NCBI GenBank assembly: GCA_934246625.1
Contig: CAKQHZ010000001.1
Coordinates: forward strand, 540,001 to 572,000
DNA: 32,000 bases
Direction: 5' to 3'
From: an uncultured Alphaproteobacteria bacterium
GTDB lineage: Bacteria; Pseudomonadota; Alphaproteobacteria; Rs-D84; CACZYB01
Each line of letters opens with the position of its first letter. Within the stretch, counting starts at the first letter, position 1. Position numbers and translations under genes: made by a program. Below the pieces are notes generated by a model. The model did not search any database. It had not been told where the DNA came from and worked only from the letters and a program-made list of their open reading frames with translations. Positions 7,465 to 15,961 of the stretch are shown here, one piece after another.

Positions 7465-10400
7465 TAAAACATCTCTTCATTTAATACAGCAATATCCCAA
7501 CATTTATTTGCTATCAACTCAACATCCGGTATAGTCAAATCAGATTCTATATCATCAAGTAAGAAATCTTCTATAGTTATAATAAATTTTCTTTTTATCG
7601 AAATATCATTATACCAATCTACTTTTTTCAATGATATTATTGTATCAACTATATGATTTATAATATTAGGAATATCATCATTTTCTATTTTATTTTCAAT
7701 TAACTCTTTGATATTTCTATAAATTGGATGAGTTGATTTTCTTTCTTTTAATTCATTTGGAATATCATTAGCTTCATAATTTTCAACACATTGTTGAATT
7801 TCTTTAACTTCATTAAATAGAGATGAAATATCTTCACGTTTTGCTTGTTCAAGATCGTGTAATAAAGCATTTAATCTTTCTGAAAGTTTACTATAAAAAA
7901 CTTCATCTCGTTTATATCTTTCACTAATAGTCTTTTTTGTCTGTGCAGCAATAGCAGCAGCCTTTGACCTATCAGATAGACCTTGCTTTTCGTCTTCAAT
8001 ATATTGATTAAACTCTCTCATATCAGACAAACTAATTTCTTTCGAAAGAATTTCAACTTCATTTGCAGTTACATATTTATCCAATAACTTATGTAATTGA
8101 TCCTTATATTTTGAAAAATCAACTTTTTCTGCTGCTGCCAATTGTGTAGTTTTTTTGATTTCAACGAATTTCTTCAAATCCATTTTATATCTATTTAACT
8201 TCTCATCATCAAACTTTTGTTGAAAATCGTATAAAGAGTAACAAGTTGCAAACATTCTAATAAACTGATTAACATTTGTATAAAATTTATTTTTTTTATC
8301 TTCATCTTTCATCAAAGCATGAACATAAGCATCAGTATTATTTGTGTCTTTAATATCCTTAAATTGCTCATGTATTTTTTGATAAATATTATCCAAAAGT
8401 TGTATTTGATCGTCAGTATTTAATAATGCTCCTTCTATATCCTCTGGATCATAATTACTAAATAATGTTAATGCATTTTTAAGATTTTTTGCATTTTTGG
8501 AATAATCTACAATCAATCCAGCAACCTTTGATTGCTTATTATTATCTCCATTATAAACTCTATTTACACGAGCAATTGCCTGTAAAAGATTATGATCTTT
8601 TAATTGTTTAGCCAAATAAAGAACAGTATCACAAGGAGCATCAAATCCAGTTAAAAGTTTATCAACAACAATTAAAATCTCACAACCATCAGGATTTTTC
8701 TTATAATCTTTAATAATGGTATCTTCTCGTTTTTCAAGAGATCCATATCTTCTTTTTTCCTCTTTTATAAAGTCGTTAACAACTTTTTTATGATTTGCAA
8801 GTTTATCTTCTTCTGTATCTGTCTTTTGTGTATCTGAAATGATAACTTCTGATTTTATTCCACCAAGCATATCCAATGCTTCCTTAAATAAAACAGCTGT
8901 ATATTTCGATGGAGCAACAAGCTGTCCCTTCAATCCAGTTCTCTGAAAATTATCTTTGAAATGCTTCCAAATATCAAAGGCAATCATTTCTACCCTAGCA
9001 GAAGTTTCCTCAAGCAATGACGCAGAAATAAACTTCTTTTCAAAATCCTTTTTTTGTTGTTCTGTAAAGTTCGATGAAATATTTTCATAAAATAAATCTA
9101 CCGTATTATTAACAGCTTGATCAACAAATCTTCCCTGATAAATAAGAGGAAGAATTGCACCATCCTCTTCAGCTTCTGATATAGTATATGCATCAATAAG
9201 TCCACCAAATTTCTTTTCTGTAATAGATTTATCCTTTGTCATCAAAGGTGTTCCTGTAAATGCAATTTGACAAGCACGAGGTAAAATTCTATTCATACTA
9301 TCATTTGCATCACCGCCTTGTGTTCTATGTGCTTCATCAATCAAAATAAAGATATTATCATCTTCATCCTTAAAAGAAGTAGTTGTTTCAAATTTATGAA
9401 CAAGCGTAGTGATAACATCAGTCGTTTTACTTTTAATTTTCTTAATCAAATCATCTTTTGATGTAGCTTGTTTTGCCTTAACTTTTATATTACAAGCATT
9501 AAAAGTATCATTAATTTGATCATCCAAATCAGTTCTATCAGTCACTACGATAACTCTTGGATTACTAATTGTTTCAATTAAATTCTTTACGAGCATAACC
9601 ATAGTTAAAGACTTACCACTTCCTTGTGTATGCCAAACAAGTCCACCTTTACGTTTTCCATTTTCTTCACGATTTTCAATTTTTTTCAAAATCTTTTTAA
9701 TAGCAAAATATTGCTGATATCTTGTAACTTTCTTTATGCCGTTATCATAAACGATAAAGTTTCTTACCAAATCCAAAAATCTTTCTGGTTCCAAAAGACT
9801 ATAAATTCCCCTGTCTTGTGGAGTTATATTTCCTTTTGGAGCTTGAACATAATTACTTCTTAACAAATCATTCGAAATCTTATCTAAATCTTCCTTACTT
9901 ATAGGATTATTTACAGACTTCAAAACCTTATCTTCAAAATCTTTACTAAAGTCTTTTTCCTTCCATACAGAATAAAAATCCCTTGGTGTTAGCATTGTTC
10001 CATATTTAATTTCGCTAACATTAGTTGCTATTAAAATTTGGGGATAAAGGAAGAATTTAGGAGTTTGATCTCCCTTTTGGTTTCTTATCATCTGAGTCAC
10101 AGCTTCATCAACAGGAACAGAACTTTTTTTATTTTCAATAACAGCAAAAGGTATTCCATTAACAAATAAAACTATATCAGGACGACGATTTTGCTCTTCT
10201 GATATTTCAAATTCAGGCACAACATGAAATGTATTTTTATCCCAATTTTTCCAATCAATAAACTTTAATTGTGGGGATGATTTTTTACCGTCAATAATCT
10301 CGGAAACAGCAACACCACCCAAAAGATTAGCATAAATATTCTTTGATACATTTACAACACCATCATCCATTTTTACCTTTTCCAACGAAATAATAGCATC

Positions 10401-10622
10401 CTTTATACTTTTATCAGAAATATTTGATCCGTTAATATTCCTTATTGCCTTAAATGCAATATCCCTAAGAATATATTGAGATTTACTGTCCCTATACTTA
10501 TCAATTTCATGTCTTCCAATATAGTTATAACCAAGATTTATAAGTTGAATTATTGCTGGAATTTGTGACGAGTTTGCTTCATCAAAGTTTGGTAAATAGT
10601 ATGGATCATTAATATTAGTCAT
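7464..10622 (-). CDS. hsdR: type I restriction enzyme, R (endonuclease/translocase) subunit
   Basis: 1052 aa. N-terminal PD-(D/E)xK-like segment RPDIVLFVNGIPFAVIENKK. SF2 helicase motif I is HTQGSGKSLTM and motif II is LIDEAHRTQ. Helicase C-terminal motifs LTGFDAP and QAIARVNR are present. It sits in an operon with hsdM and hsdS. Confidence 0.95.
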   Translation of the reverse strand: MTNINDPYYLPNFDEANSSQIPAIIQLINLGYNYIGRHEIDKYRDSKSQYILRDIAFKAIRNINGSNISDKSIKDAIISLEKVKMDDGVVNVSKNIYANLLGGVAVSEIIDGKKSSPQLKFIDWKNWDKNTFHVVPEFEISEEQNRRPDIVLFVNGIPFAVIENKKSSVPVDEAVTQMIRNQKGDQTPKFFLYPQILIATNVSEIKYGTMLTPRDFYSVWKEKDFSKDFEDKVLKSVNNPISKEDLDKISNDLLRSNYVQAPKGNITPQDRGIYSLLEPERFLDLVRNFIVYDNGIKKVTRYQQYFAIKKILKKIENREENGKRKGGLVWHTQGSGKSLTMVMLVKNLIETISNPRVIVVTDRTDLDDQINDTFNACNIKVKAKQATSKDDLIKKIKSKTTDVITTLVHKFETTTSFKDEDDNIFILIDEAHRTQGGDANDSMNRILPRACQIAFTGTPLMTKDKSITEKKFGGLIDAYTISEAEEDGAILPLIYQGRFVDQAVNNTVDLFYENISSNFTEQQKKDFEKKFISASLLEETSARVEMIAFDIWKHFKDNFQRTGLKGQLVAPSKYTAVLFKEALDMLGGIKSEVIISDTQKTDTEEDKLANHKKVVNDFIKEEKRRYGSLEKREDTIIKDYKKNPDGCEILIVVDKLLTGFDAPCDTVLYLAKQLKDHNLLQAIARVNRVYNGDNNKQSKVAGLIVDYSKNAKNLKNALTLFSNYDPEDIEGALLNTDDQIQLLDNIYQKIHEQFKDIKDTNNTDAYVHALMKDEDKKNKFYTNVNQFIRMFATCYSLYDFQQKFDDEKLNRYKMDLKKFVEIKKTTQLAAAEKVDFSKYKDQLHKLLDKYVTANEVEILSKEISLSDMREFNQYIEDEKQGLSDRSKAAAIAAQTKKTISERYKRDEVFYSKLSERLNALLHDLEQAKREDISSLFNEVKEIQQCVENYEANDIPNELKERKSTHPIYRNIKELIENKIENDDIPNIINHIVDTIISLKKVDWYNDISIKRKFIITIEDFLLDDIESDLTIPDVELIANKCWDIAVLNEEMF

Positions 10623-10624
10623 TT

Positions 10625-10972
10625 TTATTTATCCTTATTTTTTAATATATATTGTTGTAAATCATCCAAAAAACTATCAGGTAAAATAAACCACGTCGGA
10701 TATCCACGAGTATTGGGATAACCGGTACAAGTTTTATCTTTATTATTAGCATGCGTTTCGTATTCTGAAGAAGCAATATTCCAACGCATAGCTAAATGAA
10801 TTCCATTATCATCTTCTATTTTAGCAATAATATAATTTTTTCCATCATAAACCGTTCCAGAAAATTTATACCTCATCGGAGAAATACTTTTTTCATAATC
10901 ATAACAATTATAATATTTCCCTTTATATTCTATTTCTATTTTTTTCTTTTTTTCTAAAATTTTACTTACCAT
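10625..10972 (-). CDS. hypothetical protein (115 aa) between hsdS and hsdR
   Basis: SD AGGAG overlaps the hsdS stop, 8 nt before the ATG. Its stop lies 2 nt before the hsdR ATG. No recognisable motif and no hydrophobic segment. Confidence 0.65.
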   Translation of the reverse strand: MVSKILEKKKKIEIEYKGKYYNCYDYEKSISPMRYKFSGTVYDGKNYIIAKIEDDNGIHLAMRWNIASSEYETHANNKDKTCTGYPNTRGYPTWFILPDSFLDDLQQYILKNKDK

Positions 10973-10981
10973 ATCTATCTC

Positions 10982-12151
10982 CTATTTATTCACTTTTACT
11001 CTTATCTTTCCGGTAAGAAGTTGTTGCATAAGGCCTTTCTTTTGTGTTTTAAGAGCTTCTAATTTTTGATTAAGTAAGTTAATTTCATCATCTGCCGTTG
11101 ATAAAACATCCGCAATAGCTTGTTGTTCAGATATGTCGGATGGGATAAATAGTTTAATTTTTTTAATATCATTACTTCCAATATTTGGTTGAGCTCCACC
11201 ATAAGACATTCTAAGAATTTTATTATTAAAACGCATTAAATATTGATTGATGAAGCATTGATTACTTTTTTTAGCCCTTATAATTCCTACACGTTGGTTA
11301 AGAAGCATAGGAGTAACAGTTTTATTTATTCCCATTTTTCCTGTAGTTGCACCAGACATGGCGATTAATAAATCTTGTTGTTTAATACAATATTTTTGAT
11401 ATTTTTGCAAAGATGATGTGTCTAAAAAAACAGTATCTTTATCTAAAGATAATTTATCATCTTCTATATTAGATATACGAATTAAGGGAATACCATTTTC
11501 CTTAAAATCATTACTATCAAAAGAGTAACCTAAAATAAATTCTGCAATCTCACCTAACTTTACTTCTTTCCAAGGTTGTGTGAAGCCGGATAGGCGGGTT
11601 TTGTCGGTCAAGAGTTTTTGCATCAGGCCTTTTTTGAGGAGCTTTTTCTGCTCTATCAGATCAGACACCTTTTCAATCGCCTCATCCCAACAACTCAATA
11701 TCTCCGCAATCTTCTCCTGTTCAGCAAGTGGGGGAACAACTACTTTATACCAAGAAACTTGAGGAACTGTCAGTTGAGGAACACCTGTATTTTCATTAAA
11801 AAATTTAATACGACTACAAGAATAACTCATAAATTTTGTATTTATATTATTTTTTGGAATAGCTGTAATTAAACGTACTATAGGAGTGAACTTTCCCTCA
11901 CGATAAAAGACTTTTCCTATATCTCCTCTACCTGTAATAGTAATGCATTCATTTTTTATTTTATACTTTGAACTGTATCCATATAAACCTTTGTTTGTAA
12001 GAGCATTAGCATATATAGGATACGGATGTAAATCATCTTTTACATCAGAAAAACAATCCTTATCAACATCACCTCCTGCTGAAAAGGAAAATATTTCTCC
12101 AAGTTTTTTAATATCCCATCCTTTTGGTATATTTATGTTATTTGTTGCCAT
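10982..12151 (-). CDS. hsdS: type I restriction-modification specificity subunit (two target-recognition domains)
   Basis: 389 aa with two variable halves, each followed by a conserved helical region: PPLAEQEKIAEIL...KKGLMQKLLT and ISEQQAIADVL...KKGLMQQLLTGK. This is the classical HsdS architecture. Confidence 0.9.
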   Translation of the reverse strand: MATNNINIPKGWDIKKLGEIFSFSAGGDVDKDCFSDVKDDLHPYPIYANALTNKGLYGYSSKYKIKNECITITGRGDIGKVFYREGKFTPIVRLITAIPKNNINTKFMSYSCSRIKFFNENTGVPQLTVPQVSWYKVVVPPLAEQEKIAEILSCWDEAIEKVSDLIEQKKLLKKGLMQKLLTDKTRLSGFTQPWKEVKLGEIAEFILGYSFDSNDFKENGIPLIRISNIEDDKLSLDKDTVFLDTSSLQKYQKYCIKQQDLLIAMSGATTGKMGINKTVTPMLLNQRVGIIRAKKSNQCFINQYLMRFNNKILRMSYGGAQPNIGSNDIKKIKLFIPSDISEQQAIADVLSTADDEINLLNQKLEALKTQKKGLMQQLLTGKIRVKVNK

Positions 12152-13106
12152 TTGTTTTACTCTTATCCATATAATTAAATAATTCTAATTCTTTAATTTC
12201 TTTATCGACAATATCTATTTTTATTTGTTTTGTTTCTTTTTCTGTTGTTTTATAGATAGATAATGCTGTAATTTTTTTCTTTTTTAAGACATTATAATCA
12301 AAATTTAAAATTCCAGAAATTGATAGGTTAGCATAAACAAAATCTCCTTGAGTAAAAGATATTTCTTTATTTTGCATAAGATGTTTAAAGCCATCATCTT
12401 CCACAGAAAAATAAATTATATCTCCATCAATTAAAACTGGAATATCTCCTCTCTTTATAGTACTTCCTTGATATATTCCAACCCATAATCTTTTACTATT
12501 ATCGACTAATACTGGAGAAACTAATTCAATAATAACTTTATCAAAATTTTCTGAATATATTTTTTCTTCAGCTACATAATCAAAATTTTTGAATTGTGAA
12601 CGTTGAATCTTTGTATCAGACAAAATAGTATTATCTTTTTTGACTATTAAATTTTCAGATTTTAAACTTTCATCTTTATTTAATGCTTGATATTTTTTTG
12701 ATAATGCTTTTTTTATGTCAACATCTTCACAAACCTCATGTAATATACCTTGAAAGTTAGCTGTATCACAATCAACTCCTAAATTTTTAGCCTTCATTGC
12801 TAAATCTAATTTTTTATTTGCTTCATCGTATTTGTTTGAAAATAATATTGGCCATAATGCTACTAATAACGAAATCCAAGGAAGTATTTTTTCGCTATTA
12901 AATTTTATTTTTATAGTATCTTGGTAACACCCATTTTTAGGAATTGTAAGTTTTATTTCATAATAATCTTCAGATATTCCCATTTTATCTAAAACCGAAT
13001 TTAAAACTTTTATTGTAGCTTCAGACGCTATATTTCTAGCTTCTGGAACAATTTCGGCATTTAATACTTCATAATGAGATTCAAAAAATAAAACATTATC
13101 TTCCAT
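12138..13106 (-). CDS. hypothetical protein (322 aa) with one internal hydrophobic helix, embedded between hsdM and hsdS
   Basis: SD GGAG lies 9 nt upstream. The 3' end overlaps the hsdS start by 14 nt. Hydrophobic segment ILPWISLLVALWPILF at about aa 74-89. The C-terminal half looks beta-rich. I found no Walker A, HExxH, HEPN Rx4-6H or nuclease motif. Confidence 0.7.
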   Translation of the reverse strand: MEDNVLFFESHYEVLNAEIVPEARNIASEATIKVLNSVLDKMGISEDYYEIKLTIPKNGCYQDTIKIKFNSEKILPWISLLVALWPILFSNKYDEANKKLDLAMKAKNLGVDCDTANFQGILHEVCEDVDIKKALSKKYQALNKDESLKSENLIVKKDNTILSDTKIQRSQFKNFDYVAEEKIYSENFDKVIIELVSPVLVDNSKRLWVGIYQGSTIKRGDIPVLIDGDIIYFSVEDDGFKHLMQNKEISFTQGDFVYANLSISGILNFDYNVLKKKKITALSIYKTTEKETKQIKIDIVDKEIKELELFNYMDKSKTNGNK

Positions 13107-13124
13107 TTAATAGTCTCCATAATA

Positions 13125-13865
13125 TTAATTACTCTTATCACTAGTTTTATCTATATATTTAGCATCAATAACTTTTCCATTTTCTTTATTTTTTGGATTT
13201 TCTTTTTTATTAACAATGTTTATAATATTGTTAATAACAAGCATATTTGTTTTGTTATTTAATTTTTCTTTATTTATTAGATGCATTAAATGATCTATTT
13301 TATATTTTGCAGGCAAAAATTTACAAAAATAAAATATAAATTCCTTTATTTTGGAATATATTTTTTCAATAATGTTTTTATCATCATTAAATACTTTACG
13401 CAAAATTAACTTATCTAATTTTATAGATACATATCTTAATGTATTATAACTTTCGATGAGTTTATTTTGTAACATTCGCTTATATGGACTATTTTTTTCA
13501 CACTTTGAAATAATTTCATATTGATCTAAAATATATTGAGAATAGAAAAAAATTCGTGTAAATAATAGTGATGCCTTAGGATTTAAAAGTTGAAATTCTA
13601 AAAAATCTTTTTCTTTTGTCCATTTTAATATAAAATTAAACGCTTGAGATATATTTTTATTTATTACTTCAACTCTTTTACATTTTTCTAGTCCTGTGAT
13701 TTTATTATGTATAAAAAGAGAGATAAAATTTAACTGTTTATTGTAAAAAACATCCTGACGTTGTTTTTCCATTATTTTCATTTGTCTATACATCCAAAAT
13801 AATGTAACTAGACCAACAAATAATGTTATAACATGTTGATAATTTGCTAAATATATTTTTTCCAT
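13125..13865 (-). CDS. hypothetical N-terminally membrane-anchored protein (246 aa), embedded between hsdM and hsdS
   Basis: Strong SD AAGGAG lies upstream. N-terminal hydrophobic helix HVITLFVGLVTLFWMY. The rest looks helical and Lys/Asn-rich. No catalytic motif recognised. Confidence 0.7.
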   Translation of the reverse strand: MEKIYLANYQHVITLFVGLVTLFWMYRQMKIMEKQRQDVFYNKQLNFISLFIHNKITGLEKCKRVEVINKNISQAFNFILKWTKEKDFLEFQLLNPKASLLFTRIFFYSQYILDQYEIISKCEKNSPYKRMLQNKLIESYNTLRYVSIKLDKLILRKVFNDDKNIIEKIYSKIKEFIFYFCKFLPAKYKIDHLMHLINKEKLNNKTNMLVINNIINIVNKKENPKNKENGKVIDAKYIDKTSDKSN

Positions 13866-13889
13866 TTTAATACTCCTTTTATTATTTAA

Positions 13890-15398
13890 CTATTCTTTCA
13901 ATTCCAATTCTTTCAAATATTTATTCATTTTTTCTTCTATTTGTTTTATTTCTTCCTCAACTTTTTTTATTTCTGCACGAGTGTTTGGAATATCAACAAT
14001 TTCTTCCTCTTCATAGGTATCAACATAACGAGGAATATTAAGATTATATTCATTTTCCTCAATTTCTTTTATTGTTGCGATATGAGAGTATTTTTCAATT
14101 TCCTTACGATTTTTATATGTATCAACAATCTTTGCAATATGTTCATCAGAAAGGTTATTTTGATTTTTCCCTGGAACAAATTCCCTTGATGCATCAATGA
14201 ATAAAATATCTTTACGATTTTCATTTGCACCACCTTTTTCCCTTGATCTATCAAACACAAGGATTGCAACAGGAATACCAGTTGTTTGGAAAAGTCCAGC
14301 GGGAAGCCCAATAACTGCATCCAAAATATTTTCTTCAATAAATGCTTTTCTGATACGACCTTCGGCAGAACCACGGAACAAAACTCCGTGAGGAACAACT
14401 ACTGCAACACGACCTTCTTTTGCTTTTGCTGTTTCAATCATATGAGTAATAAATGCATAATCTCCTTTACTTGCAGGAGGCATACCTCTATGAAAACGAT
14501 TGTATTTGTCGTTATTGACTTTTCCTTCATCAGCCCATTTATCCAAAGAAAATGGTGGATTTGCAACAATTACATCAAACTTCATCAAACCATCATCATC
14601 AGTAAGTTTTGGTTCATTTATTGTATCACCCCACTCAATACGAGCTGAATCTTGTTTATGTAAAAACATATTCATACGAGCAAGATTGTATGTAGTTCCT
14701 GTTTTTTCCTGACCATACAATGCATAATTAGTTGAGCCGCTTTCACGAACTTCATTTCCCGCAATAATAAGAAGACCTGCAGAACCACAAGTTGGATCAC
14801 AAATCTTATCTCCTTCTTTTGGATTAGCTAATTTTGCAACAAGTTTACATATTTGTTTTGGGGTAAAGAATTCTCCCGCTTTCTTTCCTGCTTCCGAACC
14901 AAACTTTTCAATCATATACATGTATGAGTTACCAAGAATATCATCTCCAACTTCTGTTAAATCAATTTTATTAAAATCATTTAACAAATCTCTTATCATT
15001 TTGGATCGTTGAGATGTTGGTCCAAGTATCTTCTCATCATTAAAATCAACTGTAAAAATACCTTTTAATGCTTCATTTGCATCTTCAATCTTTCTAAGTG
15101 CAATATTTAATAATTCCCCAATATTACTTTCCGATTGATGAATATAAATATCTTTAAAAGAAGTTCCTTTTGGCATAATAAATCTTGAATTTTGAAGACG
15201 CATTTCAATACGAGCTTCATCATCACCATATTTCTCTTTTAACTTTTTGTATTCGACTTCATGCAAATCACTCATATATTTATAAAACAAAAGTGAAAGT
15301 ACATAATCCTTAAATACACCACTATCAACAGTTCCTCTTGAAGAGTCTGCAGCTGACCATAATGTTTTATTTAATTCGTCTTGAGTTATACTAGCCAT
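13890..15398 (-). CDS. hsdM: type I restriction-modification N6-adenine DNA methyltransferase subunit
   Basis: N-terminal HsdM_N-like segment LWSAADSSRG...LLFYKYMSD. AdoMet motif I is DPTCGSAGLL and catalytic motif IV is NPPFS. SD AAGGAG lies upstream. Confidence 0.95.
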   Translation of the reverse strand: MASITQDELNKTLWSAADSSRGTVDSGVFKDYVLSLLFYKYMSDLHEVEYKKLKEKYGDDEARIEMRLQNSRFIMPKGTSFKDIYIHQSESNIGELLNIALRKIEDANEALKGIFTVDFNDEKILGPTSQRSKMIRDLLNDFNKIDLTEVGDDILGNSYMYMIEKFGSEAGKKAGEFFTPKQICKLVAKLANPKEGDKICDPTCGSAGLLIIAGNEVRESGSTNYALYGQEKTGTTYNLARMNMFLHKQDSARIEWGDTINEPKLTDDDGLMKFDVIVANPPFSLDKWADEGKVNNDKYNRFHRGMPPASKGDYAFITHMIETAKAKEGRVAVVVPHGVLFRGSAEGRIRKAFIEENILDAVIGLPAGLFQTTGIPVAILVFDRSREKGGANENRKDILFIDASREFVPGKNQNNLSDEHIAKIVDTYKNRKEIEKYSHIATIKEIEENEYNLNIPRYVDTYEEEEIVDIPNTRAEIKKVEEEIKQIEEKMNKYLKELELKE

Positions 15399-15954
15399 TT
15401 ATTACTCCTTTTATAGTTTTATTGATTCTTTGAGTTTCAAGATTTAACAACTCTTTTAATAAAGTCGTTTTCCTCTCATATAATTTTACAATCTCCGAAA
15501 GTTTTTTTTGTTTTTCCAATGAAATCAATGGAATTTCAACTTGCTTTAAGGTTTTTAGTGTTATTGCAGGTATAGTCATAACTTCCTGCAAAGAAAATAA
15601 TTGTTTTTGACCTTCCGAGGAATTCAAATATGCAGAAATATATTCCGGTAAAATATTACTATCATCTTTTACTGAAAGAATAAAAATACCACCTGATGCA
15701 ACTGTGTTTTTGGAAGGATTAAACACGCAAGATTTAAACACCCCTCTATTTGTTATAAGTATACTGTTTTTATTAAGACAATGTTTTCTCCTAACTGTTT
15801 CATCAGAAACCTTAACCAAATCAGAAAAATCACCACTTAGAATATTTTTGGGCTGAATTACAGAAATAACACCATTATGTTCAGGAAGTATCTTACCACG
15901 AAAAGCATACCCTAAACAAATTTCACAAATAGAATCTAACATTACCACATTCAT
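15391..15954 (-). CDS. hsdS: half-size type I specificity subunit (single target-recognition domain plus one conserved helix)
   Basis: HsdS-like pattern: LDSICEICLGYAFRGK, ITNRGVF, LPEYISAYLNSSEGQKQL, then IPLISLEKQKKLSEIVKLYERK. There is only one TRD. I place the start at ATG 15954 because the ORF-track TTG at 15990 is itself the -35 hexamer of the promoter. ATG 15942 is an alternative start. It overlaps the hsdM start by 8 nt. Confidence 0.7.
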   Translation of the reverse strand: MNVVMLDSICEICLGYAFRGKILPEHNGVISVIQPKNILSGDFSDLVKVSDETVRRKHCLNKNSILITNRGVFKSCVFNPSKNTVASGGIFILSVKDDSNILPEYISAYLNSSEGQKQLFSLQEVMTIPAITLKTLKQVEIPLISLEKQKKLSEIVKLYERKTTLLKELLNLETQRINKTIKGVING

Positions 15955-15961
15955 ACCTATA

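Noticed and set aside
9624-14712. Short ORFs inside or opposite hsdR, hsdS and hsdM (9624..9863, 11580..11762, 11618..11872, 11943..12182, 13941..14189, 14069..14398, 14197..14391, 14286..14648, 14500..14712).
   Set aside because: They are fully nested in well-supported R-M genes, with no SD and no motifs. They also owe their length partly to the locally higher G+C of those genes.
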